A DNA stretch of 64,000 nucleotides from Octopus vulgaris (GCA_951406725.2 OX597837.1:41230001-41294000); one strand, 5' to 3'. Counted from the stretch's first letter, positions 32,847-46,667 are shown. Numbers and translations: made by a program. The notes: generated by a model from the letters alone, not told the origin.

Positions 32847-33278
32847 TGAGTGGCTGTGTGGTAAGTAGCTTGCTTACGAACCACATGGGTTCTGGGTTCA
32901 GTCCCACTGCGTGGCACCTTGGGCAAGTGTCTTCTATTATAGCCTCGGGCCGACCAAAGCCTTGTGAGTGGATTTGGTAGAAGGAAACTGAAAGAAGCCC
33001 GTCATATATATGTATGTATATGTGTGTGTGTGTGTGTATGTGTGTGTGTGTGTGTGTGTGTGTATTGTGTGTCTGTGTTTGTCCCCCACCCCACAACATC
33101 GCTTGACAACCGATGGTGGTGTATTTACATCTCCGTAACTTAGCGGTTCGGCAAAAGAAACCGATAGAATAAGTACTGGGCTTACAAAGAATAATTCCTG
33201 GGGTCGATTTGCTCGACTAAAGGCGGTGCCCCAGCATGGCCACAGTCAAATGACTGAAACAAGTAAGAGAGTAAAAGT
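32847..33278 (+). mobile_element. SINE family A
   Basis: consensus match. Confidence 0.9.
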
Positions 33279-33950
33279 ATATGTATGTATATATGTATGA
33301 GCGTCAAATTAATACACCTTGTTTATTGTTCCCTCACCTGTCTCAGTTCTTTGTTTTTTGTACATTATAAACATATATATATATATATATATACGTATAT
33401 GCATGTATGTATATTATGTGTATGGCATTTATACTTAAACAAATAGTGGTTGTTTTGTCAGTGTGACCTGGAGCGACCTTAACAGACAGAATCCACGTGA
33501 AAAACCCGAATCATATATTTTAATTAACAGAAAATTATCTTCATTCTTCTCAAACAACTGAGAAATAAATCGTTCAATATATTCCTTTCTTCTCTCTTTC
33601 ACTTTTTTCTGACATTCCAGCGCAACGTACGTTTTGTTTCGATTCGCGCCGAGCGTTTTCAGTGATAGTAATCAAAGCTTAGAATGAGACGAATACATGA
33701 ATTTGACTTTATGGCGCAGGCGTGGCTGTGTGGCAGGATGTTTGGTTCCCAGCCTCAAGAGAGCGAGTTCAGTTCTGCCGAGTGACGCCCTGGGCAACAA
33801 TCTTCTAATATAACAATACAGCCCCCGCTGCCCAACAAAGGTTTATGAGTGGCTTTACAAGACGGAAACAGAATGAAGACGGACGTATTTACATACATAC
33901 ATACATACATATATATGCATATATATATATGTGTATATATATATACATAC

Positions 33951-34040
<90 letters not shown>

Positions 34041-34102
34041 CATTATTGGTGAATTGAAGAAATGGAGCTGAACGCAGATTAAACAGAAATCGTTTTATTT
34101 CA

Positions 34103-34283
<181 letters not shown>

Positions 34284-34295
34284 TGTATGTATGTA

Positions 34296-34677
34296 TTCTC
34301 TTTTACTCTCTTACTTGTTTCAGTCATTTGACTGCGGCCATGCTGGAGCACCGCCTTTAGTCGAACAAATCGACCCCGGGACTTATTCTTTGTAAACCTA
34401 GTACTTATTCTATCGGTCACTTTTGCCGAACCGCTATGTGACGTAAACACACCAGCATCGGTTGTCAAGCAATGCTACGGGGACAAACACAGACAAACAC
34501 AAACGCACACATACATATATATATATACATATATACGACAGGCTTCTTTCAGTTTCCGTCTACCAAATCCACTCACAGGGCATTGGTCGGCCCAAGGCTA
34601 TAGTAGAAGATGCCCAAGATGCCACGCAGTGGGACTGAACCCGGAACCATGTGGCTGGTTAGCAAGCTACTTACCAC
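34296..34677 (-). mobile_element. SINE family A
   Basis: consensus match. Confidence 0.9.
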
Positions 34678-34679
34678 TG

Positions 34680-34733
<54 letters not shown>

Positions 34734-34735
<2 letters not shown>

Positions 34736-35090
34736 GGAGTGGGTTTGTGGTAAGTAGCTTGCTTACGAACAAACATGGTTCCGGGCTCAGTCTACTATAC
34801 CCTCGGGCCGACCAATAACTTGTGAGTGGATTTGTAAGACGGAAACCGAAAGATGCCTGTCATGTATCTTTTTGGCTGTTTGTACCCCACCCCACACACC
34901 ACCACCATCCTTTGACAACCGATGTTGGTGTGTTTATGTCTCTGTAACTTAACGGTTCGGCAAAAGTGACCGATAAAATAAGTACTAGGATTACAAGGAA
35001 TAAGTCCTGGGAGTCGATTTCTTCGACTAAAACCCTTCAGGGCGGTGCTCCAGCATGGCCGCTGTCAAATGACTGACACGTATAAAAGAA
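34734..35090 (+). mobile_element. SINE family A with deletion
   Basis: consensus match. Confidence 0.85.
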
Positions 35091-35739
35091 AATTCCTCAT
35101 AATATTTAATCATAAAAATATAACAGAATCTTTTAGAGATCGAATGACGATGAGTGTCCAAACCCAGAATTTAAACATTAAGCAAGAAATGTTTGGGGAC
35201 CCCTAATCTGGACTGAGTTGGAGGACGCTGCAAAGGTCGACCCCGCGGACTTATTCTTTGTAAACCAAGTACTTATTCTATCGGCGCCACTGCGCTCACA
35301 CATTGTTATATCGCAATACTACATAGTGGCTGTGTGAGTTACGAAATCCTCGTTGCCACTGTTATATCGCACGATCTGATGCCTTCTACATCATCAACTC
35401 TCCTCTACTCCTCCGACTGCTACTCAACTCTGTTCTTGTCTACCTTGACGTCTAGACTTCTCCCTCTATATCTACGTATTGGGCTAGCCTACTTCATCAT
35501 CTGGGGGCGTCCACACAACACACATGATGTAGTATATGTTGTTTGTGAACCTCAATCTCTGGATTTATGCGATTTTGTATTGAAATTTTCTGCCTGGTAT
35601 TTGTGAAAGTCCTTTTCGATATTTTCTATGTCAACAGCGTTAATAGCTTATTTCATAAGTTTGTTTTCCTAATCAGTCATGAAGCGGATGTCATAAAGAC
35701 TTCTCGTTTCTTTGTTACTAATTGTTGTATGATGTAGAG

Positions 35740-36063
35740 CATAGGTTCTCAAAGTGGGCGCTACCCCCCCCCCCCCCCGGTGGGCTTTGAGACGGTCCAG
35801 GCGGGCGCTGATGCTTAAGGGGACAGTAGAGAAAATGGAGACGTTGAGAGGAAAGCAGTCGATTGGGGGACGCTATGAATTTATCATAATATCATTATAA
35901 TACACAAATTATATAATATTATATTAAATATCAAATGATTCATAGTATATATAAATTAGTAAAAAATAAGACATTTATTTATACATAACAATAAGGGTGG
36001 GGACGCTGAGGGTATTATGTGGACCTGAGTGGGGCGGTGACCCAAAATGTTTGAGAACCTCTG
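35740..36063. mobile_element. hAT-superfamily MITE
   Basis: TIRs CATAGGTTCTCAAA / TTTGAGAACCTCTG; 8 bp TSD atgtagag / atgtacag. Confidence 0.85.
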
Positions 36064-37202
36064 ATGTACAGGATACGTATGACATAGGCCGCGATCTCGA
36101 AGTATCTAGTTAGGCGTGAAACCTAAATGATAATGGAGAGATTTTAGCCAGTACCAAACAATGTCCAACCTGTTATTTTAAGATATCCAGCCACCAGTAT
36201 TCCTACCCAGCATCACTACCATTCCGCGCGAAGCTCAACTCGTCCTCACTATCAGTTATCTTTCTTATTCTGGTGTTTCACAAACAAGTCTGTGGGGCTG
36301 CAAGCGACCCAAAGCTGGCTCTGATTTACGCAAATCTCTTTGACGGGAATGTTACACTAGTATTGCTTCGAATTAATGTTTGTCTATGTTTTCAATAACA
36401 CAGGAGTTCTCTAAATTTATTCCAGGACATTTTTTTCGTTTCGAATGGGATTGTAAATTGTTTTGCCATCAGTAGACTAGATTCGAAAAATCCCCGCCAG
36501 TTTCTTGTCCTCTTTCTCTGTGAAACCTAGTATGTATGTATGTATGTATGTATGTATGTATTTATGCTTGTAAGTATGGGATTGAACATACAGCATTCAA
36601 ATCGATCCTTGCATAAATTTCTTTATCGTTGTTGTTAGATTAAAACTACAACACCTGGTGTTATGGATTTTCATGCAATAATAAATCACAAAGGAACGAG
36701 AAGTCTTTACTACATCCGCTTCATACCGGATAACAAAAACAAACTTATGAAATACAATATCCTATTAAAGCTGTTGACACAGAGACTACCGAAAAGGACT
36801 TTGACAATGGACCGGATTTAACACCAGACTGTTGTTGTTGTTGTTGTCATCGTCGTTTCTGGGTGTAGACATGGGTGTGTAACACAAAGTCCGATTTCTT
36901 TTCATCTATGAAGTTCCAGGTTCAATTTTACTCAGCATCGAAACAGCGTATGTGGTCGCTTCGGGGCGATCAAAAACCTCTCGGTTCAGTTCTTGTAGAC
37001 GGAGAATGCGTTTTTGTATGAAGGCCCCTGTGCGACCCCGAACCATTCCCAAAGTTTACGGATGGTTTGGTCTCATTAATTAATCTGTCGCAGAGGCTTG
37101 GGGAAAGAATTCGCCCAGGTTACTCCAAAACCCCACGAGTTGTCATCGAATATACTTATGCTTAAAAAATGTCCAGACATGATTGTCTTGCCGTATATCT
37201 AC

Positions 37203-37284
<82 letters not shown>

Positions 37285-37364
37285 GCACGCACATGCGAAG
37301 CAAATTTCTTAACCACTATGACAACGTCTATAGACAATGTGTGCGTATGTACGTGTATGTGTAC

Positions 37365-37808
37365 AGGAGCAGGAGTGGGTGTGTGATAAGTAGCTTGCTT
37401 ACCAACCACATGTTTCCGGATTCAGTCCCACTGCGTGGCACCTTGGGCAAATGTTGTCTACTATAGCCGCAGACCGACCAACGCCTTCTGAGTGGATTTG
37501 GTTGACGGAAACTGAAAGAAGCCCGTCATATATATGTATCATAGGTATATGTATATATGTGTGTGTGTGTATGTGTGTGTATGTGTATGTATGTATTTAT
37601 GTATATGTTTGTGTGTCTGTGTTTGTTCCTCCAACATCGCTTGACAACCCATGTTGGTACGTTTACGTCCCCGCAATTTAGCGGTTCGGAATAAGAAACC
37701 GATAGAATAAGTACAAGACTTACAAAGTATAAGTCCTGAGGTTGATATGCTAGACTAAAGACGGTGCTCCAGCATGGCTGCAGTCAAGTGACTGAAACAA
37801 ATAAAATA
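37365..37808 (+). mobile_element. SINE family A
   Basis: consensus match. Confidence 0.9.
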
Positions 37809-38430
37809 ATATATATATTGGAAGGTTTGGAGATGATGTACAGGTGTTTTATATTAGAAGAAATGAGGTACTCAGAAAATCGGATGGTTTATATTTACAG
37901 ATATTTATTTGTATATTACATGTTTTTATACATCATATAACTTACATCATGTTTTAGGGCTTTCTCCCATTCTAGTGGGGTTTTCAAATCAAACTAAGTT
38001 CCTGTGTGAAAAGTTTTGACCATTTTATAGTGTTATTGAGCGTGTAGTGCTGGGGAGGGACATAAGACAGTAAAAGAGGGTGATGAATGGGGAGAAAGTG
38101 AGAGAGAGAGAGAGAGCATGTGTGTGTGTGTGTGCGCGTGTGTGTGTTTTTGTATTTGGAAGGAGTGTTAAAGAAAAAGAGGGGAAGGGAGAGAGGGAAA
38201 AAGAAAAAAGTTGTTTTGCTGGTTAGCTGGTCAGGATGTTTACTCCAAGGATGGGGGGTCTAAGATCTTGGGGAAAAGAATTTAAGTTTTGACCATTTTA
38301 TAGTGTTGTTGAGTGTTGCAGGGTTACTCATTTAGTTTACAGCTTGGTGAACTGGGGCAGCAGAGAAAAGAATTGTTTTGCTTAGGGGCAAAATGCACCG
38401 CTGGCCCGGGAATCGAAACCACAAAATATA

Positions 38431-38621
38431 TGCGTAGGGGTTAAGAGCGCGGGCTACTAACCCCAAAATTCCGAGTTCGATTCCAGGCAGTGACCTGAAT
38501 AATAATAATAATAATAATAATAACAACAACAACAACATCGAAAAATAACGTAGGAATGAGAACCCATGTTCGAAATTTTCCCAAGACCCCTGATGAAGGT
38601 TGGAGGGTATATCAGCAGAAG
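38431..38621 (+). mobile_element. tRNA-headed element with (AAT)n and a partial hammerhead-like 3' region
   Basis: A box gcgtaggggttaagagc, B box gagttcgattcc; CTGATGA-a-ggttg...cagca-GAAG then interrupted by SINE C. Confidence 0.55.
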
Positions 38622-38764
38622 TTTCGCCATCACCTTCTGCCGGAGCCGTGTGGAGCTTAGGTGTTTCGCTCAAAAAATCCACACATCGCCTGGTCTGAGA
38701 TTCGAACCCGCGATCCCTCGACCGCGAGTCCGCTGCTCTAACCACTAGGGCCATGCGGCTCCAC
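38622..38764 (-). mobile_element. SINE family C, 5' part
   Basis: minus strand gtggagccgcatggccctagtggttagagcagcggactcgcgg. Confidence 0.8.
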
Positions 38765-39206
38765 AAATGTGAGTAGCAACACCTTAACCGCTAGACCACG
38801 CCACTTCCCCAGCAACACATTAACCATTGGTATATTTTGGTCCTATTGAGTTAGAAAGCTTAAGATCTCGGTCAAGTAAAAACCTATGAGAATGTGATTT
38901 TCTGAGTTCTGTAATTGTTGTAAAAGGCAGGCCAACGTCTGCCTTGTCTTCTTAAATGAATACCCTTCAGACAACGTGAGAACCAGTCGAAGCCAGTTTC
39001 TATTTTTTTTTTCTTCTTTTTACAAAACGTTTCGGGTAAGCCCAAGTACGTGGGTACGTCTGAAAAGGCGTCTTGTAGACCTATAACATACATTTGAACA
39101 ATATACTTGCTTTTTTTTTTCTTACCTCGGGTGGAATTTTGTTTGTTATTTCATTTTATTTTGTTTAAATATTGCCTTGAACTTTGTACATGTCCCATTG
39201 GACAGC

Positions 39207-39317
<111 letters not shown>

Positions 39318-39833
39318 TCTGCGTGTGTGTGTGTGTGAATCTGTGTGTGTGTATGTGTGTGTGTTTGTGAGTCTCTGTGTGTAACATATACATATGTGTG
39401 TGTGTGCGCGCGTGTGTGTGTTTGTGAGTATATATATATATATATGTATGTATGTATGTATGTATATATGTGTGTGTGCGTGTATGTGTGTAGTATTCGT
39501 ATATATAGAGAGAAAGAGATACAGAAAGAGGTGTATGCATAAATACATGTATATACATATACACTAACATATTTGTATGTATATACGTATGTATACAAAT
39601 GCGTGTGTTATTTGAGTGTGTGTGCGGGTGGGTGTGCGTCCGTGTGTGTGTGCGTGTGTGTGTAATGTTCGTGTGTGTTTGTGTGTGTGTGTGTGTTCAA
39701 GTATGGAAGTATATTTACATTTGAATGTCTATATGATTGTACCTGTTTGTTTTGTAACAAAACAAACATACCATCGGTTATATACATATATATGTAAGTA
39801 TATGAATGTATATATAGGTAGGTATGTAGATCG

Positions 39834-39881
<48 letters not shown>

Positions 39882-39968
39882 AATCCAAACGGGAAAACAA
39901 AAAAACAACAACAATGGAACAATTACAGTATTATTATTAATAGGCGCTCAGGAAATGGAAGCAGGAAG

Positions 39969-40004
39969 GTATGACGTTTCGAGCGGAGCTCTTCGTCGGA
40001 AACA
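39969..40004 (-). ncRNA. Minimal hammerhead-like motif with CCGA core
   Basis: gttt-CCGACGA-a-gagc tcc gctc-GAAAC-GTC-atac in a TA-flanked island 39876-40090. Confidence 0.55.
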
Positions 40005-40100
40005 TAAAGAAGGAAGAGAGAGGAAAGAAAGATCCCAAAGTGGGCAACAGGAGATAGGGAAAAAAACGACTGGTGTTTACGAGTTACAAATATATATATA

Positions 40101-40189
<89 letters not shown>

Positions 40190-40322
40190 TATAGATAGAT
40201 ACATACATACATACATACATACATACATACATAGATCAGCACAGCTAACCTTGAAACTTAGAGTACACCGTCGACTTCGACATAACGTATATATATGTAT
40301 ATATATATATATGTGTGTATAT

Positions 40323-40421
<99 letters not shown>

Positions 40422-41005
40422 AAATTTCCATTGGTTTCAATTTGGGACGAACTATGTAACTCATAATCTTCATACAGGCTTCTCATTGTCCACCATTTGT
40501 CGTTTATATTAGCTATATACATGCTCGAACTATACTAAATTCCTACACTTGGATCCTTTGAGCGTACTTACATGTTATTATATATATATATTCATTTATT
40601 CTTTAGCTTGTTTCAGTCTATCTCTTCTATCTTTTCTCTTTTCAAAGAAAATATTTCTCCCACCCTTCATTATTTTCCACTTGTTCTGGTCTGACGACCC
40701 TCCATGCTTGTTTTCTTTCGGTTTCCCTGTATGTCTCCACTGCCCTGTTTTTGTTCCAAACTTTGACCTTCCATAAATCCTAAATTTTATTTTGGTATTT
40801 CAGGAAGCTATTGTCTTCGAAGACTCATACTGTCGTTGAATGCTCCAAATGAAGAGTAGATACACACCCGACAACTGATGAAGGGTCGTTCTTCGTGTTA
40901 ATTGTCCTGTTTTCCATATTTTCTCTCTCGTTGTTTGCGTAGTTAACTCGTCTGTTTTCGCACTTTATGTTGTTTACACAGTTGGTGTCGTCCTGTACCC
41001 ATATA

Positions 41006-41045
<40 letters not shown>

Positions 41046-41048
41046 CAT

Positions 41049-41086
<38 letters not shown>

Positions 41087-41091
<5 letters not shown>

Positions 41092-41260
41092 CACAGAAAT
41101 GGCTTATAGGCGCAGGAGTGGCTCATAGGCGCATGAGTGGCTGTGTGGTAAGAAGCTTGCTTCCCAATCTCATGGTTCCGGGTTCAGTCCTATTGCGTGG
41201 CACCTTGGGCAAGTGTTATCCACTATAGTCACGGCCGACCAAAGCCCTATAAATGGATTT

Positions 41261-41308
<48 letters not shown>

Positions 41309-41602
41309 CATATATATATATATATGTATGTACGTATGTAAGTATGTATGTATATATATATATATGCATGCATATATGTATGTATTTATGTGTTTGTATG
41401 ACTGTGTTTTGTTCCCGCACCATCGTTTGATAACCGATGCTGGTGCGTTTGCGTCCCCGTACCTTGGTGGTTCGGCAAAAGACGCCGACAGAATAAGTAC
41501 TAGGCTTACAAAGAATAAGTCCTAGAGTCGATTTGTTCGACTAAATGTGGTGTTCCGGCACGGCCACAGTCACATGACTGAAACCAGTAGAAGAATAAAA
41601 GA
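41087..41602 (+). mobile_element. SINE family A with triplicated 5' 19-mer
   Basis: ataggcacagaaatggctt / ataggcgcaggagtggctc / ataggcgcatgagtggctg then consensus body. Confidence 0.85.
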
Positions 41603-41615
41603 ATATATACATATG

Positions 41616-41649
<34 letters not shown>

Positions 41650-41655
41650 CATACA

Positions 41656-41723
<68 letters not shown>

Positions 41724-41899
41724 GGCGGTGGAAATATCAGAAACAAATCTAGGAGATTTCAATTTAAGAGAGAATTTAATGAAATGATTTAATTTTTTTT
41801 TAAACATTGCCAGTTTCAATGATGAATATCAAATAGTAAAAATTTATGAAAATTTGAAGTAAAAACAGTTTATCTTCTGTGTGGGGATCATGTACATCG

Positions 41900-42040
41900 G
41901 GCTTTTTTAGTTTCTATCTACCAAACCAATGCACAAGTCAGCCCACGGCTGTTGTAGAAGATACTTGCCCAAGATGCGACACAGTGGGACTGAACCTGTA
42001 ACCATGTGGTTCGGAAGCAAGCTTCGCACCACCCAGCCAC
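41900..42040 (-). mobile_element. SINE family A, diverged 5' half
   Basis: consensus match. Confidence 0.7.
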
Positions 42041-42069
42041 CGCTGTATCTATGCGTATATATATATATA

Positions 42070-42149
<80 letters not shown>

Positions 42150-42183
42150 GATATGCATGCATATATGTATACATATATATGTC

Positions 42184-42215
<32 letters not shown>

Positions 42216-42766
42216 CGTGTATATAACAACAGATGGATAACGTATCAATTCGCCACAGCGTCTTCCAATTAATTTTTAATTGATTAATGGCGACATAACA
42301 GTATTAGAAAAAAAACCCGTTTCATCAGGCGCATACATAAACCACAACATCCAAAAGTCAAAGGTCATGTTCACTTTCATGATTGTGTGACCCTTGCTGG
42401 TCACCTCTCTTACGACCTGCTCCTAGCACAGATCCGAATTATATCATAGACCATAAATTCAGTGCAAAGTGCGTTCCTTGATTAGCCTGAAGGGTATTGA
42501 TATAATCAGTCGGGTACAGTTAATCAGATACATAACCTGAAAATCTTTCTGCCTGTCCTGCGTACCCGCATATGCTTTCCTCTATTTTTATTGTGTACAA
42601 ATTTTACTTTATCGACCCGACCCGGAGCCTTACCGTTTAAATGCTTGATTCATTTGACTCCAGGGTTCTTTCATTTACCATCTGGCAAATCTACCCAGAA
42701 AGCTTTGATCAGGCCGAAGCTGTAGTAAAAGATAACAAGACTACAAGATACCACGCACTAATACAG

Positions 42767-43580
42767 AACGAAATACCTATTTCTTTACTACCCACAAGGG
42801 GCTAAACACAGAGGGGACAAACAAGGACAGACAAAGGGATTAAGTCGATTCCATCGACGCCAGTGCGTAACTGGTACTTAATTTATCGACCCTGAAAGGA
42901 TGAAAGGCAAAGTCGACCTCGGCGGAATGTGAACTCAGAACGTAGCGGCAGACGAAATACCTATTTCTATTTCTTTACTACCCACAAGCGGCTAAACACA
43001 GAGGGGACAAACAAGGACAGACAAAGGGATTAAGTCGATTCCATCGACCCCAGTGCGTAACTGGTACTTAATTTATCGACCCCGAAAGGATGAAAGGCAA
43101 AGTCGACCTCGGCGGAATTTGAACTCAGAACGTAGCGGCAGACGAAATACCTATTTCTATTTCTTTACTACCCACAAGGGGCTAAACACAGAGGGGACAA
43201 ACAAGGACAGACAAAGGGATTAAGTCGATTCCATCGACCCCAGTGCGTAACTGGTACTTAATTTATCGACCCCGAAAGGATGAAAGGCAAAGTCGACCTC
43301 GGCGGAATTTGAACTCAGAACGTAGCGGCAGACGAAATACCTATTTCTATTTCTTTACTACCCACAAGGGGCTAAACACAGAGGGGGCAAACAAGGACAG
43401 ACAGAGGGATTAAGTCGATTCCATCGACCCCAGTGCGTAACTGGTACTTAATTTATCGACCCCGAAAGGATGAAAGGCAAAGTCGACCTCGGCGGAATTT
43501 GAACTCAGAACGTAACGGCAGACGAAATACGGCTACGCATTTCACCCGGCCTGCTAACGTTTCTGCCAGCTCGCCGCCTT
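42767..43580 (-). mobile_element. SINE family B tandem array, four near-identical units (184, 190, 190, 190 bp) plus one head
   Basis: acgaaatac at 42768, 42952, 43142, 43332, 43522. Confidence 0.92.
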
Positions 43581-43629
43581 AAATACAGAACCATATATGC
43601 CTTTATATGAGTGTGTGAATATACACACA

Positions 43630-43794
43630 CCGATGCTGGTGTGTTTACGCCTCGTAACTTAGTGGTTCGGCGAAAGACCGATAGAATAAGTACTAGGCTT
43701 ACAAAGAATAATTCCTGTTGTCGATTTGCTCGACTAAAGGCGGTGCTCCAGCATGGCTATAGTCAAATAACTGAAAGAAGTAAAAGAATAAAAG
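43630..43794 (+). mobile_element. SINE family A, 3' half
   Basis: consensus match. Confidence 0.8.
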
Positions 43795-43811
43795 ACACTC
43801 GACTAGTTAAA

Positions 43812-44610
43812 TGGCGGCAGCAGCGGCAACGGCGGTAATAGCGGCAGCGGCGGCAGCGGCGGCGGTAATAGCGGCAGCGGCGGCAGCAGTGATAGCGGCG
43901 GAACCGGCGGCAGCGGCGGCAGCGGCGGTAGCGGCGGCAGCGGCGGTAGCGGCGGCAGCGGCGGTAGCGGCGGCAGCGGCGGTAGCAGCGACAGGGTCTG
44001 CAGCGGCGGCAGCGGCAGTAGCGGCAGCAGCAGCGGTAGCGGCGGCTGCAGCGGCGGCAGCAGCAGCGGCGGCAGCGGCAGCGGCGGGCGGCAGCGGCGG
44101 CAGCGGCGGCAGCGGCGGCGGCAGCGGCGGCAGCGGCGGCAGCGGCAGCAACGGCAGAGGGAGCGACGGCAGAGGCAGCGGAGGCAGAGGCAGCGGAGGC
44201 AGCAGCAGCGTAGCGGCAGCAGCGTTAGCTTCGGCATCGGCGGCAGCGGCGGAAGCAGCGACAGCGGCTGAAGCAGCGACAGCGGCGGTAGCGGCGGGCG
44301 GCGACAGCGGCGGCAGCGGCGACAGCGGCGGCAGCGGCGACAGCGGCGGCAGCGGCGGCAGCGGCGACAGCGGCGGCAGCGGCGACAGCGGCGGCAGCGG
44401 CGACAGCGGCGCAGCGGCGGCAGCGGCGACAGCGGCGGCAGCGGCGGCAGCGGCGACAGCGGCGGCAGCGGCGACAGCGGCGGTAGGCAGCGGCGGCAGC
44501 GGCGGCAACGGCGGCATCGGCGGAAGCGGCGGCAGCTTTGGTAGCGGCGACACCCGTGACAGCGGCGACAGCGTTGATAGCGGGGACAGCGGCGGCGCCA
44601 GCGACTGCGG
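43812..44610. repeat. GC-rich (GGC/AGC)n compound repeat
   Basis: GGCGGCAGC and GGCGACAGC units over ~800 bp. Confidence 0.9.
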
Positions 44611-44649
44611 GGTAAGTGATTTTAGTGGTAGTCGTGTCCATTCTGTCTG

Positions 44650-44910
44650 CCTTAGGACTCATAGGGCCTATTACCCGGCTCCCATGTCTTATAAGTAACC
44701 GAAATCACAACATCCTCCCCGCGCCTAAAAAGGGGGCACCAATCTATCGCAGAATTCCACATTTGCCTTTGAGTGCAGCGGAACATCCTGAAATGAAATA
44801 TTTTACTCCAGAACGCCAATGCACCGAACCACTGACCTAGATGGAAATCAAAACCACAAGAGTGGGATCGGCGGCGAAATACCCTTAACCACAAGGGCAC
44901 GTGCCTTCAC
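44650..44910 (-). mobile_element. Diverged SINE family D
   Basis: minus-strand head gtgaaggcacgtgcccttgtggttaaggg; similar to 47780-47905. Confidence 0.5.
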
Positions 44911-45051
44911 GGTGGGTGGGAGAGGTGGCGGAGCAGAAGGTGGTGACGTTATCTTACGTCGGGAAAAACCTTTGATCTCTAGCTTGTTGCTGTCTGTCCT
45001 TCTTGCTTGTCTCCAAGTGTCGTGTGTCACATCTTTGTATTAAATACCTGC

Positions 45052-45112
<61 letters not shown>

Positions 45113-45199
45113 ACTGCCATATAAGTATGGCGATAACTATTAATTTCCAGTAACGCTGCCGTAATCTCCTTTAGAGAGACTTAGTAATTTTAATATTTC

Positions 45200-45267
<68 letters not shown>

Positions 45268-45620
45268 TTATTTATTTATTTATTGTAATAAAGGGTTAAT
45301 TGCAACAAGTTGCTCAAAACCACATACCGAAAGTATTAGAAATGGCAGCCAAATAGGTCGCCATTTCTCCTACTAGTAAAAAAGTATCCACAAACAAACA
45401 GAATTTGCAACCCGTATATGGTAAAGAGAAAGAAAATAACGAAATCCCAGCCTATTTGGATTAATTATAGACGAAATCGTTTCTGGAATTAACTCTTTAT
45501 TATAATTAATATAATCCTTACCAAATATGGTCTTTTCCATACAGATAAAACTACTTGGTGAAATTTATTAATTTTATTAAATTAATTATATTTCACCCTT
45601 TTTGTGTATATATATATATA

Positions 45621-45811
45621 CAGTTGCCGAGTGGTACCCGCGTGATCGGAAAGACCACTCGGAAGACCTCTACGACAGTGGAGCGACGATTTCAGGAGGA
45701 CGATTGGGATCACGTGGATGAGATAGGCGCGATCCAGAGAGGAGTGGACAGCGTGCTGTGACCAGCGGTGTCAAATGGACGCCTGACAGACTGGTCGGTC
45801 AAAGTGATCAA

Positions 45812-45815
<4 letters not shown>
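45621..45815 (+). mobile_element. RTE LINE extreme 3' fragment (different subfamily, no zinc fingers)
   Basis: with one frameshift reads VAEWYPRDRK.PLGRPLRQWSDDFRRTIGITWMR*ARSREEW, the RTE WxPRxxKRxxGRPxxRW motif; short tandem tail caaagtgatcaagtga. Confidence 0.75.
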
Positions 45816-45851
<36 letters not shown>

Positions 45852-45953
45852 GGAGTAAACACATAAATGTGAAACAAGGTGGCAAAAAGAGTACTCAAAT
45901 ACCAGAGGTAGAGTAATATGCTTTATTTAAAGCAGCAGAAAATTCAACAAAAC

Positions 45954-45991
45954 CTGTTGCTCTGAGTTTCACGTTGCCGTTCGTCGGACAG
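45954..45991 (-). ncRNA. Hammerhead-like motif with CCGA core and GCA triplet
   Basis: ctgt-CCGACGA-acg gcaa cgt-GAAA-CTC a GAG-CA-acag; all three stems present; TA-flanked island 45850-45999. Confidence 0.6.
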
Positions 45992-45997
45992 TTTTTG

Positions 45998-46055
<58 letters not shown>

Positions 46056-46614
46056 GTTTATACGCATTATGAAAACTCCCCCATGATTCATTGGGATGTA
46101 ATCTGGGGTTAAAGACATGTTATACAACAAACCTCTATTGTCATCTCGCTCTAAATGTCGTGTTTCATTCAGTGTTTTGTTTTGTCCTTACAGTTGTGAT
46201 TTCAATATTTTTTTTCTTCTTACGACTGATTTCAACTCTTAATGTTTTAAGCGTTTTTTATTATATATTATATATGCAGTATGGTTTCCTATTTACTGTT
46301 ATGATCACGTGATACAGTTCACTGAGTACACTAGATTTTTTTCTTCGTCGTTTTTTCAATACAAATTTTACTCTGGCTTTTTGGTATGCGGGTTCTTTGT
46401 GTTTTCGTCATAGTACTGTGTTGCTGTGTGAAGTAAAACAGTTGTTTAAGCTGTGATCTTTCATAAGAAGATAATGGCTGCACTTCCGGGTTTCCGCATG
46501 GCGTTTTTTTTCTTTTCTTGTTATAGTTCAGAGTTTGTTTAACTCCTATTTTTTCTTTTTCTATTCTTCTTCGCTCTTTTTTATGTCTTACGTGTAGTCT
46601 GTATATACATACAT

Positions 46615-46667
<53 letters not shown>

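Noticed and set aside
37945-37998. Minus-strand TTGAAAA-cccca..tggga-GAAA motif
   Set aside because: Two core mismatches; at most a decayed hammerhead
42767-43580. CRISPR-like regular repeat
   Set aside because: Units are identical along their whole length with no unique spacers; it is a SINE tandem in a eukaryote
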